Assembly: GCA_028534125.1 (NCBI GenBank)
Contig: CM052818.1
Span: forward strand, 46,750,001 to 46,814,000
Reading direction: 5' to 3'
DNA: 64,000 nt
DNA from: Lama glama
Lineage: Eukaryota
In this document: piece by piece, positions 33,641 through 47,072 of the stretch
How positions within the stretch are numbered: position 1 is the stretch's first letter
Layout of the letters: each line of letters opens with the position of its first letter
The notes under the pieces: model-generated
The model's database searches: none
What the model saw: only the letters and a program-made list of their open reading frames with translations
Told to the model about the DNA's origin: nothing
Program-made: the position numbers and the translations under genes

Positions 33641-35024
33641 CTCTGATTGCTCCCGCCTGCTCTCCTCCCCAGATCAATGTCACCTCCCCATCCAGAGTTT
33701 TCGGGGAGCTGTGTCCCTGGAAAGTGACGTGTTTCATTGGGGTGCATGGTGGCCCTGATTCCCCACTATTTAATGATGTCTGTGAGGGACAGTGAAGGGG
33801 AGGAGGAGGGAGGGAGGGACCAAGAGCAGCTGAGCCAGGAGCCGTCCGAGGCCTGTGTGCACGACATCCTACACTCAGTTCCTGGGCAGCTGCACACATC
33901 TGGCCTCAGCCTGGCAGACACTCAGAGTCGCAGCTTCATGTTGAAATGGAAGGCTTAGTCCCAGGCCAGTGTTCACTGGTTTCTCTGGGCTCCGATCCTG
34001 TTGGTCCTGGACAAGGGGCTGCTGGCTGTGTTCTCAAAGGATGATTGAGTGCAGGACAGCCTGCTGAACACAGGTCCCTGCTGGAGCAGCTCTCTGTGAC
34101 CAGGACATGGGGGCACATCTGCCAGCATAGCCCTGGATCGGCAGGTCACACCTGGCTCTTCACGGGCAGTCTGTCTGTGGCATTGCGCATGTGGCTGTGG
34201 GTTCGAGGCCCCAGTGCGGTTCTGGTGCCAGGGTGGGCTGGGTGATCTAAAGTTCAGTCATGTGGAAGGTCGGGCCCCTACTCCTCGGGTCCCGGAAGGC
34301 TGTGGGCACTCCCAAGTGACCTGGAGCAGACAGCACAGAGAGGTCTGGTGGCGGGAGCACATCCTTACCATGTCATCTGGAGGACCGTGGCAGCCGGGAT
34401 GCCAGGCTCCTGCTCAGTGGATCTGAGGTCGCCAGTTTGAGGTCATCTCCCTCAGGCTTGGGAACTCATGTGAACTGACCGACCTGAACCCTGGTCACCT
34501 GGACCAGCTGCTCCTCTCTCCCCTATCCCATGAAGGTCAGTGCAGGGAGGTGAGGGCACAGGGGACCACATTCACAGGGGGGCCACCCAAGGCAGAGAGC
34601 CCCAGAGCAGGGCGCTCGTGTGCTGTTCTCTGAGATGGGAGATACCAGCATTGGAAGTCGATTTTAAGAAGCTGGTGGAGAAAGAGAAAGAGAGGGACAG
34701 CTCGTCCATGTGACAGGAGCCACGAGAAGCAGGAAGGGGGCGGTCAGAAACCCAGACAGAGATGGCCTTCGGGGGACGGAGGGACAAGACAGGTTGGAGG
34801 CAGGCCTGGCTGTCTCTGCTGGTGGCCTCTGTCCTCTGGAGGAGAAGGGTCGTGCTGACAGGGAGGGAGGAGGCAGCTCTGAGCTTTGAGGAGGGGAGAA
34901 GCTTCGGGCTGGCAGCAGGGCTGGGGGTCAGAGTGCAGCGTCTTCAGGCTGCGGCAGGGCACGGGCCACTTTGGGACTGGGGTTTCCCTTCCCAGGGTGG
35001 GGACACGCAGGTAAAGGTGAGGGC

Positions 35025-35140
35025 AGGGTCGAGTTCTGTTTCCAGCAGCGCCTCTGACCTTGTGTGACCTTGGGCAGAATGCTGTCTCCCTGGGCCTGGG
35101 TTTTCTTATCTGTGTAATGAGGAGGCCAGACTAGAAAAGC
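35025..35140 (+). mobile_element. MIR SINE fragment
   Basis: tgtgtgaccttgggcag...ctgggcctggg...ttatctgtgtaatgagg. Confidence 0.7.
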
Positions 35141-36339
35141 AATAAGGCCCCCTCGGGACCTGGGATTAAATTTAAAGCCACAGGTTGAAGATGGAGGACT
35201 TCGGCTGGGAGGAAGCGAGCAGTGACTGCTGAGGTCCGCCTGAAATGTGAAACCCTGATGACTACTTTGGGATTTTGCACTGGATTCTTTTGCACAGAAT
35301 TTAGGTTTGTAGGTTAATTATAAAAACGTGACCAGAAAAAAAAAAACCCGCCTCCTGATTTTTCACGGTGGATTGATCTAGTTGCTGAATTCCCTTCTGC
35401 CCCTTTGATGTCTGCATCTCGACCGTTCTGCGTCTCCTTGGCATCAGCAGCTGGCAGCGGAAAAGCACGAGGAGAAGCTGAAGGCTTTCAGCCTTGTTAG
35501 GTGTTGGTGGCTCTGCTGAAACCATCTATTTCTTCCCTCGTGTGTCCTTTCCCAAGTAAACACACCTTTAGTTAGAAAGAGGAGAGAGTGAGTAAATGCT
35601 GGGATTGAGAAAGAGTGTGGAGAGTGTGGAGAGAGCATTCCATAACTCGTTTATCTCTGCTCTCTTGGCCTCTGCCTGTTTTCATGGAAAATTATGGAAA
35701 TGGAAAATCAGCCCTTTATTAAATCCACGAGGGGAAAAAATGTGAAGATACAGCAAGAGAGCTAGGTGTGCATTTAGCTCTGCACCCAGACTAAACTTGA
35801 AATGAACACCTGTCTCCAAGAGTTTGAGAAATTCGAATAGGGTCATTGTCTTCACTCAGACAGCAAGTGCCACCAGGCCACATGACAATATGTGATGCGT
35901 CTACGTGAAAGAAAGCCTGCTAGGGAGGAAAATCCTATTTCTACCTCTTCAGACTCCACTGTATGAGCTGATGGAAAGTCTAGGAGCACAGGGGGCTCTG
36001 CTGCCTTCTGCCTAATCCTGTGGGTCTTGATCAAAGTCATCAAATCGTCCACCTGCCCTCCCCCCATCCCTCTGGGAGAGAAGGAAGTTCCTTGGCAGCA
36101 TCCGCACTTTGGGGGAGTCTGTGGACATACGACCCCCATCTCTATCCACCTCTCCCGCCCTTGCGATACTTCCCTCTTCTGATTCTGAATGTTTTGGGGG
36201 CAGGTCAGTTTCATCCTCCTGAAATAACTCACTCTGGAATCTTCTGAGCTGCTCTAGGCTGGACTGCAGCCCTTGGGCATCTGTACTGACTGTCCTACAG
36301 GCAACTCCACCATCTTGGGGCATTCCTTTGTTTTTCTGG

Positions 36340-36585
36340 GTTTTAAAAAATTAACTTACTTGAAGCACAACATGCATACAAAAAAGCACACAAAGAATGA
36401 GTGCGTGTCTCGATGAATTATCATCAAGTGCACATGCAGCTGCCAAGTAGAACTTTGCTAATACTCCGGGACCGTCCCTTATGTGCCTCCTGGTTACCAC
36501 GCTTCTCCTGCTCCCCCAAGCGAACCACTATCCTGCCTGCTAATAGCAGATCGGCTTTGCTGTTTCTCACCTTTATATGAGCTGA
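36340..36585 (-). mobile_element. L1MC/MD-type 3' end
   Basis: ttgaagcacaacatgcatacaaaaaagcacacaa...tcgatgaattatca...aaccactatcctgcctgctaatagcagat...ctttatatga. Confidence 0.75.
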
Positions 36586-39500
36586 CTTACGCTCTTGGAG
36601 AAGAGTATGTGTTCTGCTGTAGAATGGACTGCTCTGTAAACGTCAAGTAGGCCACAAAGGCTGTCCAGTTCACCTCTGTCTTCACGGACTTTCAGTAACT
36701 GAGAGGGGTGTCGGGGCCACCAGCTACAACAGTAGATGTGTTTACTTCTCCCTGACCTTCTGTCAGTTCTTGCCTCTTGCATCTTAATGCTCTGTTATTA
36801 GGTACATAGGTATCAGGGGTCTCTATGTCTTTTTGGAGAACTGACCCCTTTGTCATTATGTAAGTCGCCCCTTACCCCTGATGATCTTCCTTGTTTCGAA
36901 GTCTGTGTGGTCTGAAATCTATGTGACCACGCCAGCTTTCTTTTGATGAGTGTTAGCATGTGCTCTCTCCATCCCTTTACTTTCAATCGGTGTCTGCACA
37001 CTTAAAGTGGGTTTCTGGCATTCAGCATATGGTTGGGTCTTTCTTTTATCCACTCTGCTAAACTCTGTCTTTTAATCGGTGTGTTTAGACCCAGTGATTG
37101 TTGATACAGTTGGATTCATATCAACCATGTTTCTGGCCACTTACTATTGTTACATTTCTTCTTTGTCTCTTTTCCCCCCATCATTTCTATCTTCTCTGGT
37201 TTTAATTGAGTATTTTATATGATTTCATTTCATCTCCTTAGAGTTTCAGTTATACTTTAAAATGTTTTTAAATAGCGATTGCCTTAGAGTTTAACGTATA
37301 CATTCTAAGCTACTCTACATCCACCTTCAGTTTATACTGTATCACTTCGCATGTCACTCAGGTAGCTTTTAACCGCAATTTCGAATTCCTCCCTGTTACC
37401 CCTGGTAACATTGCTGGCTTTTATATCCCTTATCCATATGCTATAATTACCCAATACGTTGTTACTATTATTGCTTTAATCGGTTATCTTTTAGATCTAT
37501 TAAAAGTAAGGAAAACAGAAGATTTTATTTTACCTTTTATTATTTACCTATTATTCATTAAGATTTGATTATTCCTTCCCCAACACTCTTCCTTTTTTAT
37601 GTAGCTCTGAGTTTCTTACCTGTATCATTTTCTTTCTCTCTGAAGAATTTCTTTGAGCTTTTCTTGCAGGACAGACAGGCAGGCTGGGGATGAATTCTGT
37701 TTTTATCTGATTGAGAAAGTTTTTATTTCTCTTTCTTATTTATTTATTGGAAAAAGCTTTATTGAGATATAACTGACATAGGAAAGAATGCATATATTTT
37801 AAGTGTATAATATGGTGAGTTGGGACACATGGATACATCTGTGAACATCACTACAATCAGGCAATGACATCCATCACCTCCAACAGTTTCCTTGTGTCCT
37901 CCCCCACTTTCTTTTGACATACAGAAAGCTATAGGCAATTAGTGTATAAAACTTGAAGAGTTTTCTCCTTTACTTTGGAAGGATAATATCTCTGGATATA
38001 GAATTCTGAGTTGCTATTTTATTTTTCTTTAAGTATTTTACTCCTGTCCCTTCTTGCTTGCATGGCTTCTGGCAAGAAGTCTGATGGAGTGATTATCTTT
38101 GTTTCTCTGCAGAAATGGCTGCAACTCAAGATTTTCTCTTCATCTTTCATTTTCTGCAGTTTTGAATATGATGTGCTTAGGTGTAGATTTTTTGGTGTTA
38201 ATCCTGATTGGTATTCTCTGAATTTCCTGGGTCTGTGATTTGGTATCTGTTATGGAAAGTTCTTCACGATTTTGCTTCAAATATTTCTTCTGCTCTATCT
38301 TCTCCTTCTGGTGTTCCAATTATCCATATGTTATACCTTTTGAACTTGTTCCACAGTTCTTGGATATTTGCTCCATTTTTTCGTTCTGTTTTTCTCTTTG
38401 CATTTCAGTTTGAAAAATTCATTTGGACTTATCCTCAAGCTCACTAATTCTTTCCTTCACTGTGTCCAGGCTACTAAAGAGTCCATCAGAGGCATTCTTC
38501 ATTTCAGTGTTTTTGACGATCTAGTGTTTCTAATTTCTAGCATTTACTTTGATTCTTTCTTAAATTTTCCATCTCTCTGCTTACATTCCCCATATGTTCT
38601 TGCATTTTTGTCTGTTTTTGCTAATAGAGTCCTTAACATATTAATCATAGTTATTTAAAATTCCCTGTCTGATAATCCCAACATCTGCGTTATATCTGAG
38701 TCTGGTTCTGATGATTGCTTTGTCTCTTCAGACTGTGGTTTTGTTTGCTTTTTTTTTTTTTTTTTGGCATGCCTTATACTTTCTTGTTGAAAGCCAGACA
38801 TGTCGTATTGGGTAGAAGGAACTGTGGTAAATAGGCTTGAGTGTGAGGATTTGTGTAAATCTGGCTAGAATTTGGGCTGTGCTAAATGTTTGCTGTAGGT
38901 GCCAGAGGCTTCAGATCCCCCAAATATCCTTGTTTCCCTCCCCTCTTGACTTTGGGATCCCCTAATCACTTCTCCTCAGAGAGGGTCTGTGTCTTGCAGC
39001 TCTTCCGGCTGTAATCCAGCTATTATCCTGAGCCCTGTTGGTGCAATGATACTGTGTTGGAAAGGGGAAAGTGTTCTATTATCTTTTAATTAAATTTCAG
39101 TCTTTAATGGACCTGTGTTTTGAGGCTGTGACTTTCACAAACAAGGTAGTTTTGTCTTCTTGTCCTTCACTTGCTTCCCTGGATACAGTGTTCCCAATCT
39201 ATTTTCTTGAAACCATGATCCCTGTTAACTATGTTCCTCAGCCATTTCCTGGATAGGTAATCCAGGAAGGCCAGAGGGAGCTGGATTGGGAGGAATGCCC
39301 CGCCCCCAGCTGGGACAGGCTCTGGCCAAGTCTTCTCCCTTGCAGGGCTGGCATTTGTTGTGGAGAATACTCTGGGCATATTCCACCTGATACCTCTCCC
39401 TCCCCCTGCCAGAGCCATAGGGGATCTTTCTCGGATCTTCATCGTGAGAACTTGGTGGGGTTCCTGTAACTAAAGCCCAAAAAAGGGTGAGAGCCCCCCT

Positions 39501-39826
39501 CCCCAATCCCACAGCTCTGTGAGTTTTCTCTCTTAAGTTAGTCCCCACTGAAAGACTCCAGCAATTCATCAAAATTGCCATTTCAGTGTCCCTACCAGTT
39601 TATGACTTCAGCAGATTTTGCTCCAGGTGAAATCTTGGCTATGACTCTGGTTGTACCTGTCTCTCCAGATTTAGGGGTGGCACTTTGCCCTGACACATCA
39701 ATTCCCTAAGGAGTCCAAGGAAAGGCATGGTTTTCCTATGTGTCCAGCATTGTTGTTGTTGTTGTTGTAAGGATAGTGGATGATGACTCGCAAATTCTTC
39801 ACATGTTGGAGCTGAAACCAGAAGTC
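36586..39826 (-). mobile_element. Old L1 (L1MC/MD-like): 5'UTR, ORF1 and start of ORF2 endonuclease, decayed
   Basis: ORF-track peptides HRLKVKGW (36813-37001) and LLDVYRAVHSTAEHILFS (36573-36782) match L1 ORF2 EN motifs. Antisense ORF1-like text at ~37970-38700. Ends acatgttggagctgaaaccagaagtc, resembling L1M 5' termini. Confidence 0.85.
37735..37960 (-). mobile_element. Nested L1M 3' end fragment inside the older L1
   Basis: gctttattgagatataactgacata...tttaagtgtataatatggtgagttgggacacatggatacatctgtgaa...catccatcacctccaacagtttccttgtg interrupts ORF1-region sequence. Confidence 0.75.
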
Positions 39827-39899
39827 TGAAGTTCACTCTTTGATCTTCCCTTGGGTTGCATCCCATGGACTTTTTTTCATGGTTTTCTCTTATTTGGGG

Positions 39900-40600
39900 C
39901 GAGAAAATCATCCAGTGTCTTTCTGAGGTATGTGGTAAATATCTTGACACCTTGGATGTCTGACATGGACAACTTGTAGAACCTTCTGTTTGTCATGCAT
40001 GTTCTTAAGTTTCATGATGTTTAACCTAGGGTGACTCTATTTTCATCTCTTTCAGTGGCCATTCAGTGAGTTCTTTAAGCTAGAAACTCTCTTAGTTCTG
40101 AGAAATTTTCTTAAATTGTATCTTGATAATTTCCTTTCCTCTGTTTTTCTTGGTTTCTCTCTCTGAACTCTATTTTTGCATGTTGAACTTGTTGAACTAA
40201 ACCTCAATTTTTGCTCTGTTTCTTTTATTTCTCTCTCTTATCTTTCAATCTGATAAATGAGATTCCTATTTCTGAGCCTACATTTGAAATTTTCCATGGC
40301 TATTTTTTTCTCTAAATCTTCCCTTTTAAGAAAAAAGTATTGTTTTTTAAAAAATGGATGCCATATCTTCTTATCTCTCTGAGGAGGCTCACATTTTTCT
40401 GTTTTCAATGTTTTCTTCTCTGTGCCTTATCTCTGTTTCCTCCAAGTTGCCCTCTTTCTCTCTGTTTTGGTTTCTATCTCTCAAGTCAGAGGCTTTCTTC
40501 AGATTGGTCACTGGTGCGTCCATGCCGAACGAGTGGGACTTAAGAAGCTGACTGGCAGCGCTCAGTGGGTGGTTGAGATCGTTGACATGGGCTTCATCAT
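39900..40600 (-). mobile_element. Highly decayed L1ME-type fragment
   Basis: T-rich; agttctgagaaattttcttaaattgtatcttgataatttcc and ggatgccatatcttcttatctctctgagga motifs. Confidence 0.6.
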
Positions 40601-40669
40601 AAAGGGATATGGCTGGGCTGTTTTGCTGGGGAGCCACCCGTACCAGGATCTTTGTGCCGGTGATGCGTC

Positions 40670-40865
40670 TACAAACCGAGGAAAGAGAAGGTCGCGAGAC
40701 TTCACCAGAAGCCAGAAGAGAGGCGTGGGGCAATTTTTCCCTAGGAGCCCTTACAAGAAACCACCCTGCCCACACCTTGATTTCAGACTTACAGCCTCCA
40801 GAACTGTGCGCTGATAGATATCTGCTGTTTCAAGCTGCCCAGTGTGTGCCACTTCATTATATGTC
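40670..40865 (+). mobile_element. MLT1 LTR 3' fragment
   Basis: ccagaagccagaagagaggcgtggg...ccctgcccacaccttgatttcagacttacagcctccagaactgtg...ctgctgtttcaagctgcccagt. Confidence 0.85.
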
Positions 40866-41171
40866 GTCTTTCCCATCATCCAGAAGTTGTCATAGTCAGG
40901 GCAGAGGAGAGATGGGACTTTTAAAATCCTTTCAATGAAGCTTGTTATCATGGTCTTGCCGTTTTTCGGAGTTAGGGCGTGGGGCTGCCTTTGGCACTCC
41001 TGCTCAGGCCCCGCAAACGGCAGGGGTGGTCTGGCTGCTTCTTGCATCCCACAATTCTGGTTTAGGATCCAGCTTTATCCTACTCACCCAGCCAGTCACC
41101 TCCCATCCTGCACTTTCCAGCACCTTCCCACTGTGCTCTGCCCACGGCTTTTGCTCCTAGTGGGTCTATAC

Positions 41172-41372
41172 CAGCACCACCCAAACAGAATTTTCCACCG
41201 TGATGGAAACGTTCTTCACCTGCTCTGTTCGATATGATAGTCACCGGCCGTATGTGACTCTTGAACACTTGAGATGTGGCTAGTGTGACCTAGAAACTGA
41301 ATTTTAGAATTCATTTAAGAAAAATGTAACTTCAGCACATGTGACTAGTGGATATCATATTGGATAGTTCAG
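41172..41372 (+). mobile_element. MER3 (hAT-Charlie), near full length
   Basis: gatggaaacgttct...cacttgagatgtggctagtgtgac...aactgaatttt...cacatgtgactagtgga...tattggatagttcag. Flanks gtctatac (41164-41171) and atctctac (41373-41380) fit a decayed 8-bp hAT TSD. Confidence 0.85.
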
Positions 41373-43067
41373 ATCTCTACTGTAAAATAAAACAAAACAA
41401 AAAAGTTTTTGTTTTCAAGGTAATTAGGGAGGTAATAAAATTTAAAAAAATGTGTTCTGCCATCTTTATCCTGGTATCTCTTGTGAGTTTTGAATTTTAT
41501 TTCAAAGAGATCTTAGAGATAAATGAGCAATAGTGAGTTAGAAAAGAAAGTTCTGGCCCTGTGGTAGATGAGAACTGTTACATGGCTCTGTGTAAGGAGG
41601 TGGAATTTGCAGCGGTCCCTACTGTCACAGGTGAGAGCTTGGGCAGGTGGGAAGGGGTGGTGTTGCCTGGAGTCATAGGCTGAGCTTGGCACCCCTGCCC
41701 CCAGGCCTGCTCTTCTCCCCGCAGCCCACCTTTCCTCCTTATTCAAGGGTTGTTGGCCAACTTGCCTGATCCTCAGTGGTTCAGCCTCCCATCGGGTCAG
41801 GTATGCTGGAAGCTTCGAGAGACAGCAACTTCATGACTCCCAGACATCCAAACTGGCCTCCCAGCCCCTGCGGTCACTCAGCTGCTGGGAAACAGATTGA
41901 ATTGGTAAAAATATGTGTGTGTGTTCTCACAGAACCTGAGAAAATCACACTTCTACTTTAACAAAAAAAAATCTGTTTGTGCCACTCCAATAATCACTTC
42001 CTAACTGATGGGATGGCAGGCCATATGTCTGCAAAGTGGCTAGCAGGGAAGACGGTCTACTGCCATTGTGCCCTGAAAAAACAGCTTTTCCCAGCTGATT
42101 GGCTCTAGAATGAAAGGAAACCAAGCCACAGGCTTCTGATTCCAAACCATAAACCCGATGCAAACTGCTGTCAGAGACGGAGGGGGTGGGGACCGGAAGC
42201 TGCCCCTAAATATTTGCGATGTGTGTGCTTCAGGGCAAAAGCTGCCAATGGGATTTTTAAGTTTAGAAGTTCAGTGTCTTGGGGTGAGGAGTGTGAACCA
42301 GGCTCAGATTGAGCGAGGAAGGTTCCGTCTGTAGAAAGTGGGACTCGTGTTGGGGTTTGACTTCCTGGGAGCCCTCCAGCGCCTCCTGGACACCAAGGGA
42401 TGCCGATGCTGGCCAGCGCGGTGTGCTAAGTCCCAGCGCTCAGCGCACACCTTTCTGAAAGTCCGTCAGGCTCTGATGACGGAAGGTGGAGGGTGAGCTG
42501 TCGGTGATGTAGCTTTCCCTGCTCCCCTATTCCTGGCCCTTGGGAATTTTCTGAGTGTGTAGCTTAAAGATTCAACGCTGGATGTGGTCACTGTGCCATG
42601 GAAACTAGTGCACAGAGCAGAAAAATGACAGCCCCAGGGGGAGATTTTCTTCTCTTTGTACACGTTCCCCAGAGTTGACCAGAACTCTTCCAGAATGACC
42701 AGTGTCCTTCTGGAACAAGCCTGTCTCTCCACAAGCGACCTTGTGACTTTAGCTTGATCTTAAACGTTTCACGTCTTGGTTTTCTCCCCAGTGACTGCAA
42801 AGGGTCGTGGGAGAAGAAATCAAGTTAAGAGATGCAAAAACACATTTGAAAAAGTTACTGACCTTTGTTCTCATTTCATTATTCAAAAAATACATGTTAT
42901 ATAAGTAGTTAGGTCACTATGTGTTGTGCTCAGGGTGCCCTCTCCCCTCCCTTTAAAATTATTGACACCCTTTGTGGTGCAAATTCAGTAATCATTTGAG
43001 AGATCTGAGACGGGACGTTGACCTCTTGGAGTTTTCGTTGTCCAACAGGAGGTAATTTATAAAGGAG

Positions 43068-43425
43068 GGCTACAGGCTAAACGTTTGTGTCCCTACCCAA
43101 ATTCATATGTTGAAGTCCTAATTCCCCCGCAGTGTGATGGCATTTGGAGGTGGGGCCTTTGGGAGGTGGTTAGACTGTGAGGGTGGAGCCTCCACGAAGG
43201 GGATTAGTGCCCTTATGAAAGACACGAGACAGATGATCTCTGTCTCCACCAGGTGAGGACACAGCACGAAGGTGGCCATCTGCAAGCCAGGAAGGGAGCT
43301 CTCACTGGAACCCAACCAGGCTGGTGCCCTGATCCATTCCAGCCCCCAGAACTGTAAGAAGTTAATGTTTGCTGTTTAAACCACCTCGTCCATGGGATTC
43401 TGTTATGGCAGCCTGGATTGGCCTG
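43068..43425 (+). mobile_element. MLT1A-type MaLR solo LTR
   Basis: gtttgtgtccctacccaaattcatatgttgaagtcctaa...tttggaggtggggcctttgggaggt...gaggacacagc...ccatctgcaagccagga...tgtttaaaccacc...tgttatggcagcc. Confidence 0.92.
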
Positions 43426-44569
43426 CAATTGTCAAGGGAGCATGGCCTGCAACTGTTAAACAGAATCTGTGATTTTTGCCGGACGGAACTGCATGGGAGG
43501 TAATGGTCCCCATTCCTGGGGTCCAGCTCTAGCACCTCTGTTCCTACAATCCCAGGGGATGCCCACAGAGACCCAGGCGTCAGCTCGTGTTACCACCTTG
43601 GATTCATTTTGCTGTTGGTCGTCCAAGGAACAAAGGGCATTAAAACACTTTCCATTGTGACAGCCACTGCCGCCGCCAATTAAACCAGAAGGAAGCCCAG
43701 GCCAGGTGAGGGAGAGAAACCATTTATTCCAGAACCTGGAAGTGACACTGGCGTCGGCAAACTAGGCCTGGACCCCAAGGCCCTGCTTCAGCTGTTTCTT
43801 TCCTGGTCTCTCCCAGCTGGGAGTCATCTCCCTCTGGAGCTCCCTCGGTGTAGTATCTGCTCCTCTCCTAGGGCACCTCTTACCGTCCGCCTCTGGTGAG
43901 TTATTTCTGAACCCGCGTTATCTTGCTTCCTGGACCACTAAGGCCTCAGGTTTGGGACTGTCATAACCCCCTGTTATCTTCCTCATGCCCAGCCAGGGGT
44001 CTCGCACTCGGTTATCATTTAGCTGAACCCAGTCCTGTGTGGTGTCAGACGCCATCCCCGGACTCAGGGGCCGAGCAGTTACGCAGTTCTGGCATCTCAG
44101 GGTAGGCGCTGGGGCGGAGCATCCCAGGGCAGCAGTTGGCCGTCCGGGGAATTCAGAGGCCCCTGGAGGAAGTTGCCCGGGGAGGGGGTGGTTGCCTCTT
44201 CGCCATCTCCTGCCACACTCTTTCCTCCTTTGCAGTCAGCGTCTTTCTATCAGATATCCGCTCTCTCTGCGCTGTCTTCTCTCACTTCTCTCCTGCTAGG
44301 CTGCTTCCCCGTGGATGGTCATTCTTCCATCTCCCCCGTCGATGCTCATCTCTCTGACCCTGCCTCTCCCTCAGCCTCCTTCTTCCCCTCCCACCAGGCT
44401 TCTCCCATGAGATGCTCACTCTACCCCTTTCCTCGGCCACAGGGATCCGCTGCCCCTTCCCTCAGTCCCCTGGGACGGCTCTGGGTTGGACACAAGCTTT
44501 TGGTGGCCTGCTGTTTGCTGGATCTGAGTGTGCTTTTGGGTCTTAATCCGGCTGGCCCTGTCTGCAGCA

Positions 44570-45030
44570 TTCCACCCTGCTGGTAACTCTTCCTGAAGCC
44601 TCTGCTCCCTTGGCATCCTCATCAGACTCTCCTTGCTCCGCTTCTTGAGTAGTGGCGTCTCCCCTGCCCCATCCCCTGCCTCCTTTTCTTCTTTTTCTTT
44701 AACTATTAGTGTCCTTTGCCCTCCACATCCCCACCGACACCAGCCACCCACTTTCCTTCTAGAAGATTTTAGTCACTGCTCAGAAGCCGATGACCCCGAA
44801 TCCACAGCTACAGCCCCAGCCTTTTCTCTGACGTCATTTCCATTGCACATTTCTAGCCGCCATGTGTTTTTTGCCACAAGCACCTCAAACCCACATGTCT
44901 AGGATGAAAGTGGAGACACCACCCAGTGTCTCCTGCCATCATCGATGGCACCACTGTCACCTGGTTGCCCAAGCGAGTTGCCTGGACTCCCCTCTCTCCC
45001 CAGCCCCATCCAATGACCAGTCCTCTGATT
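44570..45030 (+). mobile_element. LINE-2 internal fragment
   Basis: gccgatgaccccgaatccacagctacagccccagcc...agcacctcaaacccacatgtcta...ggcaccactgtcacctggttgcccaagc. Confidence 0.6.
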
Positions 45031-45039
45031 CCCCTGGGT

Positions 45040-45385
45040 GCACAGGTGAGCTGTGCTCTGGTAACAAGTACCCCCGAGTTTCAGTGGTCTGGCATAAAAA
45101 GCATCTGTGTCTTGCCCACATGAAGCTGATGGGGGTGGAGCACGTCTCCCAGCAGCTCTCCTCCAGGGATTGTGTCCTGGTCCAGCCGTAGCCATGCCAC
45201 CTGGAGCCCACGACTTCTAGGTGCTACAGAAGGGCAGGGGACCAGGGGGTCCTGCCTGAAGCCTGGAAACGTGTTACGACATTCTGCTCCATCCCACTGA
45301 CCAGAACTTAGTCCCGTGGTCCTGCAGTGAACTGCCAGGGAGGCCGGGGACCTAGTGCCCTGTGTGCACAGGGAGAGAAGAGGCT
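45040..45385 (-). mobile_element. Old MLT1 (K/L-type) LTR
   Basis: gctgtgctctggtaacaagtacccccgagtttcagtgg...ttctgctccatcccactgaccagaacttagtc...aactgccagggaggc. Confidence 0.65.
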
Positions 45386-45624
45386 CTGATGCCCCGCAGC
45401 ATCTTAAGATTCAGCCCAGTCTCTGCTTTAGGACTACCAAGAGGTTGTGCACGGCTGGCGCCTCTCAACCCCTCCATCCCCATGTCCCATCACCCTCCCC
45501 AGCACAGCTTTCTCTCCAGTGGCAGCAAACTCCCCGCCGAGCCCTTGATTAGGACACTGGTTGCATTTTCTTGTGGTTGCTTTTCCCAGAATCTGACTTC
45601 ACGAGACTGGAGCAAGGGCTTCTC

Positions 45625-45830
45625 TGTGCCACTCACTGTGCTGACAGCTTTGCACATGTGAACTCACTGGATCCACACAACTGCCCGTAACAGGGGTGTT
45701 ACTGTGATTTCTATTTAAAACATAGCAGGGAAACTGAGGCACGGAGAGGTTAAGGCACCTGCCTGAGCTCACCCAGCCAGCGAGCGAGGAAGGCAGGGTG
45801 GCTCCAAGACCACAAGTGTGGCCGCCGTGT
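45625..45830 (-). mobile_element. MIR SINE
   Basis: ctttgcacatgtgaactca...atccacacaac...gggaaactgaggcacggagaggttaaggcacctgcc. Confidence 0.85.
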
Positions 45831-46163
45831 TGCAGGTCTGTCACCAGTGGTGCAGATCTTCATGTCCATCCTCACGTCCATCTCTGCCCATAGAATGCTG
45901 GTCACTCCCATGATGCATCGGTGAGTGAGAGACATTTTCTAGTTTCCTTTAACTCCCTCCTCTACCTACCTCCATTCATGTTTCTCTTAGAAACCTCCCT
46001 GCTTTTTCCTTCTCTGTCCATTTCCATAACTTAAGAAGTGAGAAAAAACACTCATGAGATGCTTGTTATCCTTTGTTCAAACAGACGAACTTGATCTTGT
46101 CTGTAAAAGTGCACACCGCTCCCCCTGAACAATCACTCCAGGGATGTCATCTCTGCCAGGGGC

Positions 46164-46450
46164 TTTTTTTTAAATTGAAGTATAGTTGATTTACAATGTT
46201 GTGCTAATTTCTGGCATATAGCATAGTGATTCAGTTATATGTATATATATTCTTTTTCAGATTCTTTTCATTATAGGTTATTATAAGCTTTTGAATATGC
46301 TTCCGTGTGCTATACAGTAGGACCTTGTAGTTTATCTATTTAATATGTAGTAATTTGTATCTGCTAGCCCCAAACTCCCAATTTACCCCTCCCTTCTCTC
46401 TCCCTGCTTTGGTAACCATAAATCTGTTTTCTATGTCTGTGGCTCTGCTT
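46164..46450 (-). mobile_element. Cetartiodactyl-type L1 3' end, 5'-truncated
   Basis: Poly-T, then aattgaagtatagttgatttacaatgttgtg...gctatacagtaggaccttg...tttggtaaccataaatctgttttctatgtctgtg. Confidence 0.9.
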
Positions 46451-46682
46451 CTTGAATGACTTCTTTGGGAGCTGACTGCAGAGATAACTGGAAAGCCATT
46501 TCCACCACTTTCCATCACTGTCCACACGATACAAACAATATCCCAGGGATTCTCCCAAATATGTGTAATAAACTAGAAGTGCTTTGCCCGACATGTCAAT
46601 GTCAGTAGCTGTGCAAAAACGGGGTACTTGAAAATTCCCCTCCCCTAGAAGGCTGCCACGCCACGGGGAAGCGGCTGGGGGA

Positions 46683-47072
46683 GACATCAGTGCCCTGGGG
46701 CTTCCCTAACGAAGCACCGCAGACTGGGCAAACGGTTTAGCCAACAGAAATGTGTTTCTCACAGCTCTGGAGGCCAGAAGACTGACATCAAGGTGTTGGC
46801 GGGGGTGGCTTCTCCTGAGACCTCTTTCCTGGGGGTGTAGGTGGCCCTGTTCTCACTGTGGTTCATGTGGTCGCCCCTCGGTGTGTGTCTGTGTCCTAAC
46901 CTCCCCATCCTATCAGGCCCCCAGTCATGCTGGGTTAGGACTGCCCATAAGAACTCATTTTAACTGAATTACCTCTTTAAAGACACTGTTTCCACATACA
47001 GTCGCATTCTGAGGTCCTGGGGGTTGGGGTTTCAACATATGAGTTTCGGGGGGACAGAGTTCAGCCGTAGCA
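46683..47072 (-). mobile_element. MLT1B-type MaLR solo LTR
   Basis: caacagaaatgtgtttctcacagctctggaggccagaag...ctcattttaactgaattacctctttaaagac...cattctgaggtcctggggg...tcaacatatgagttt. Confidence 0.9.

Noticed and set aside
36012..36323. Acidic, protein-looking 103-aa minus-strand ORF (LQSSLEQLRRFQSELFQEDE...)
   Set aside because: No family recognised and no clear splice or pseudogene hallmarks. A tBLASTn/BLASTp search would settle it.
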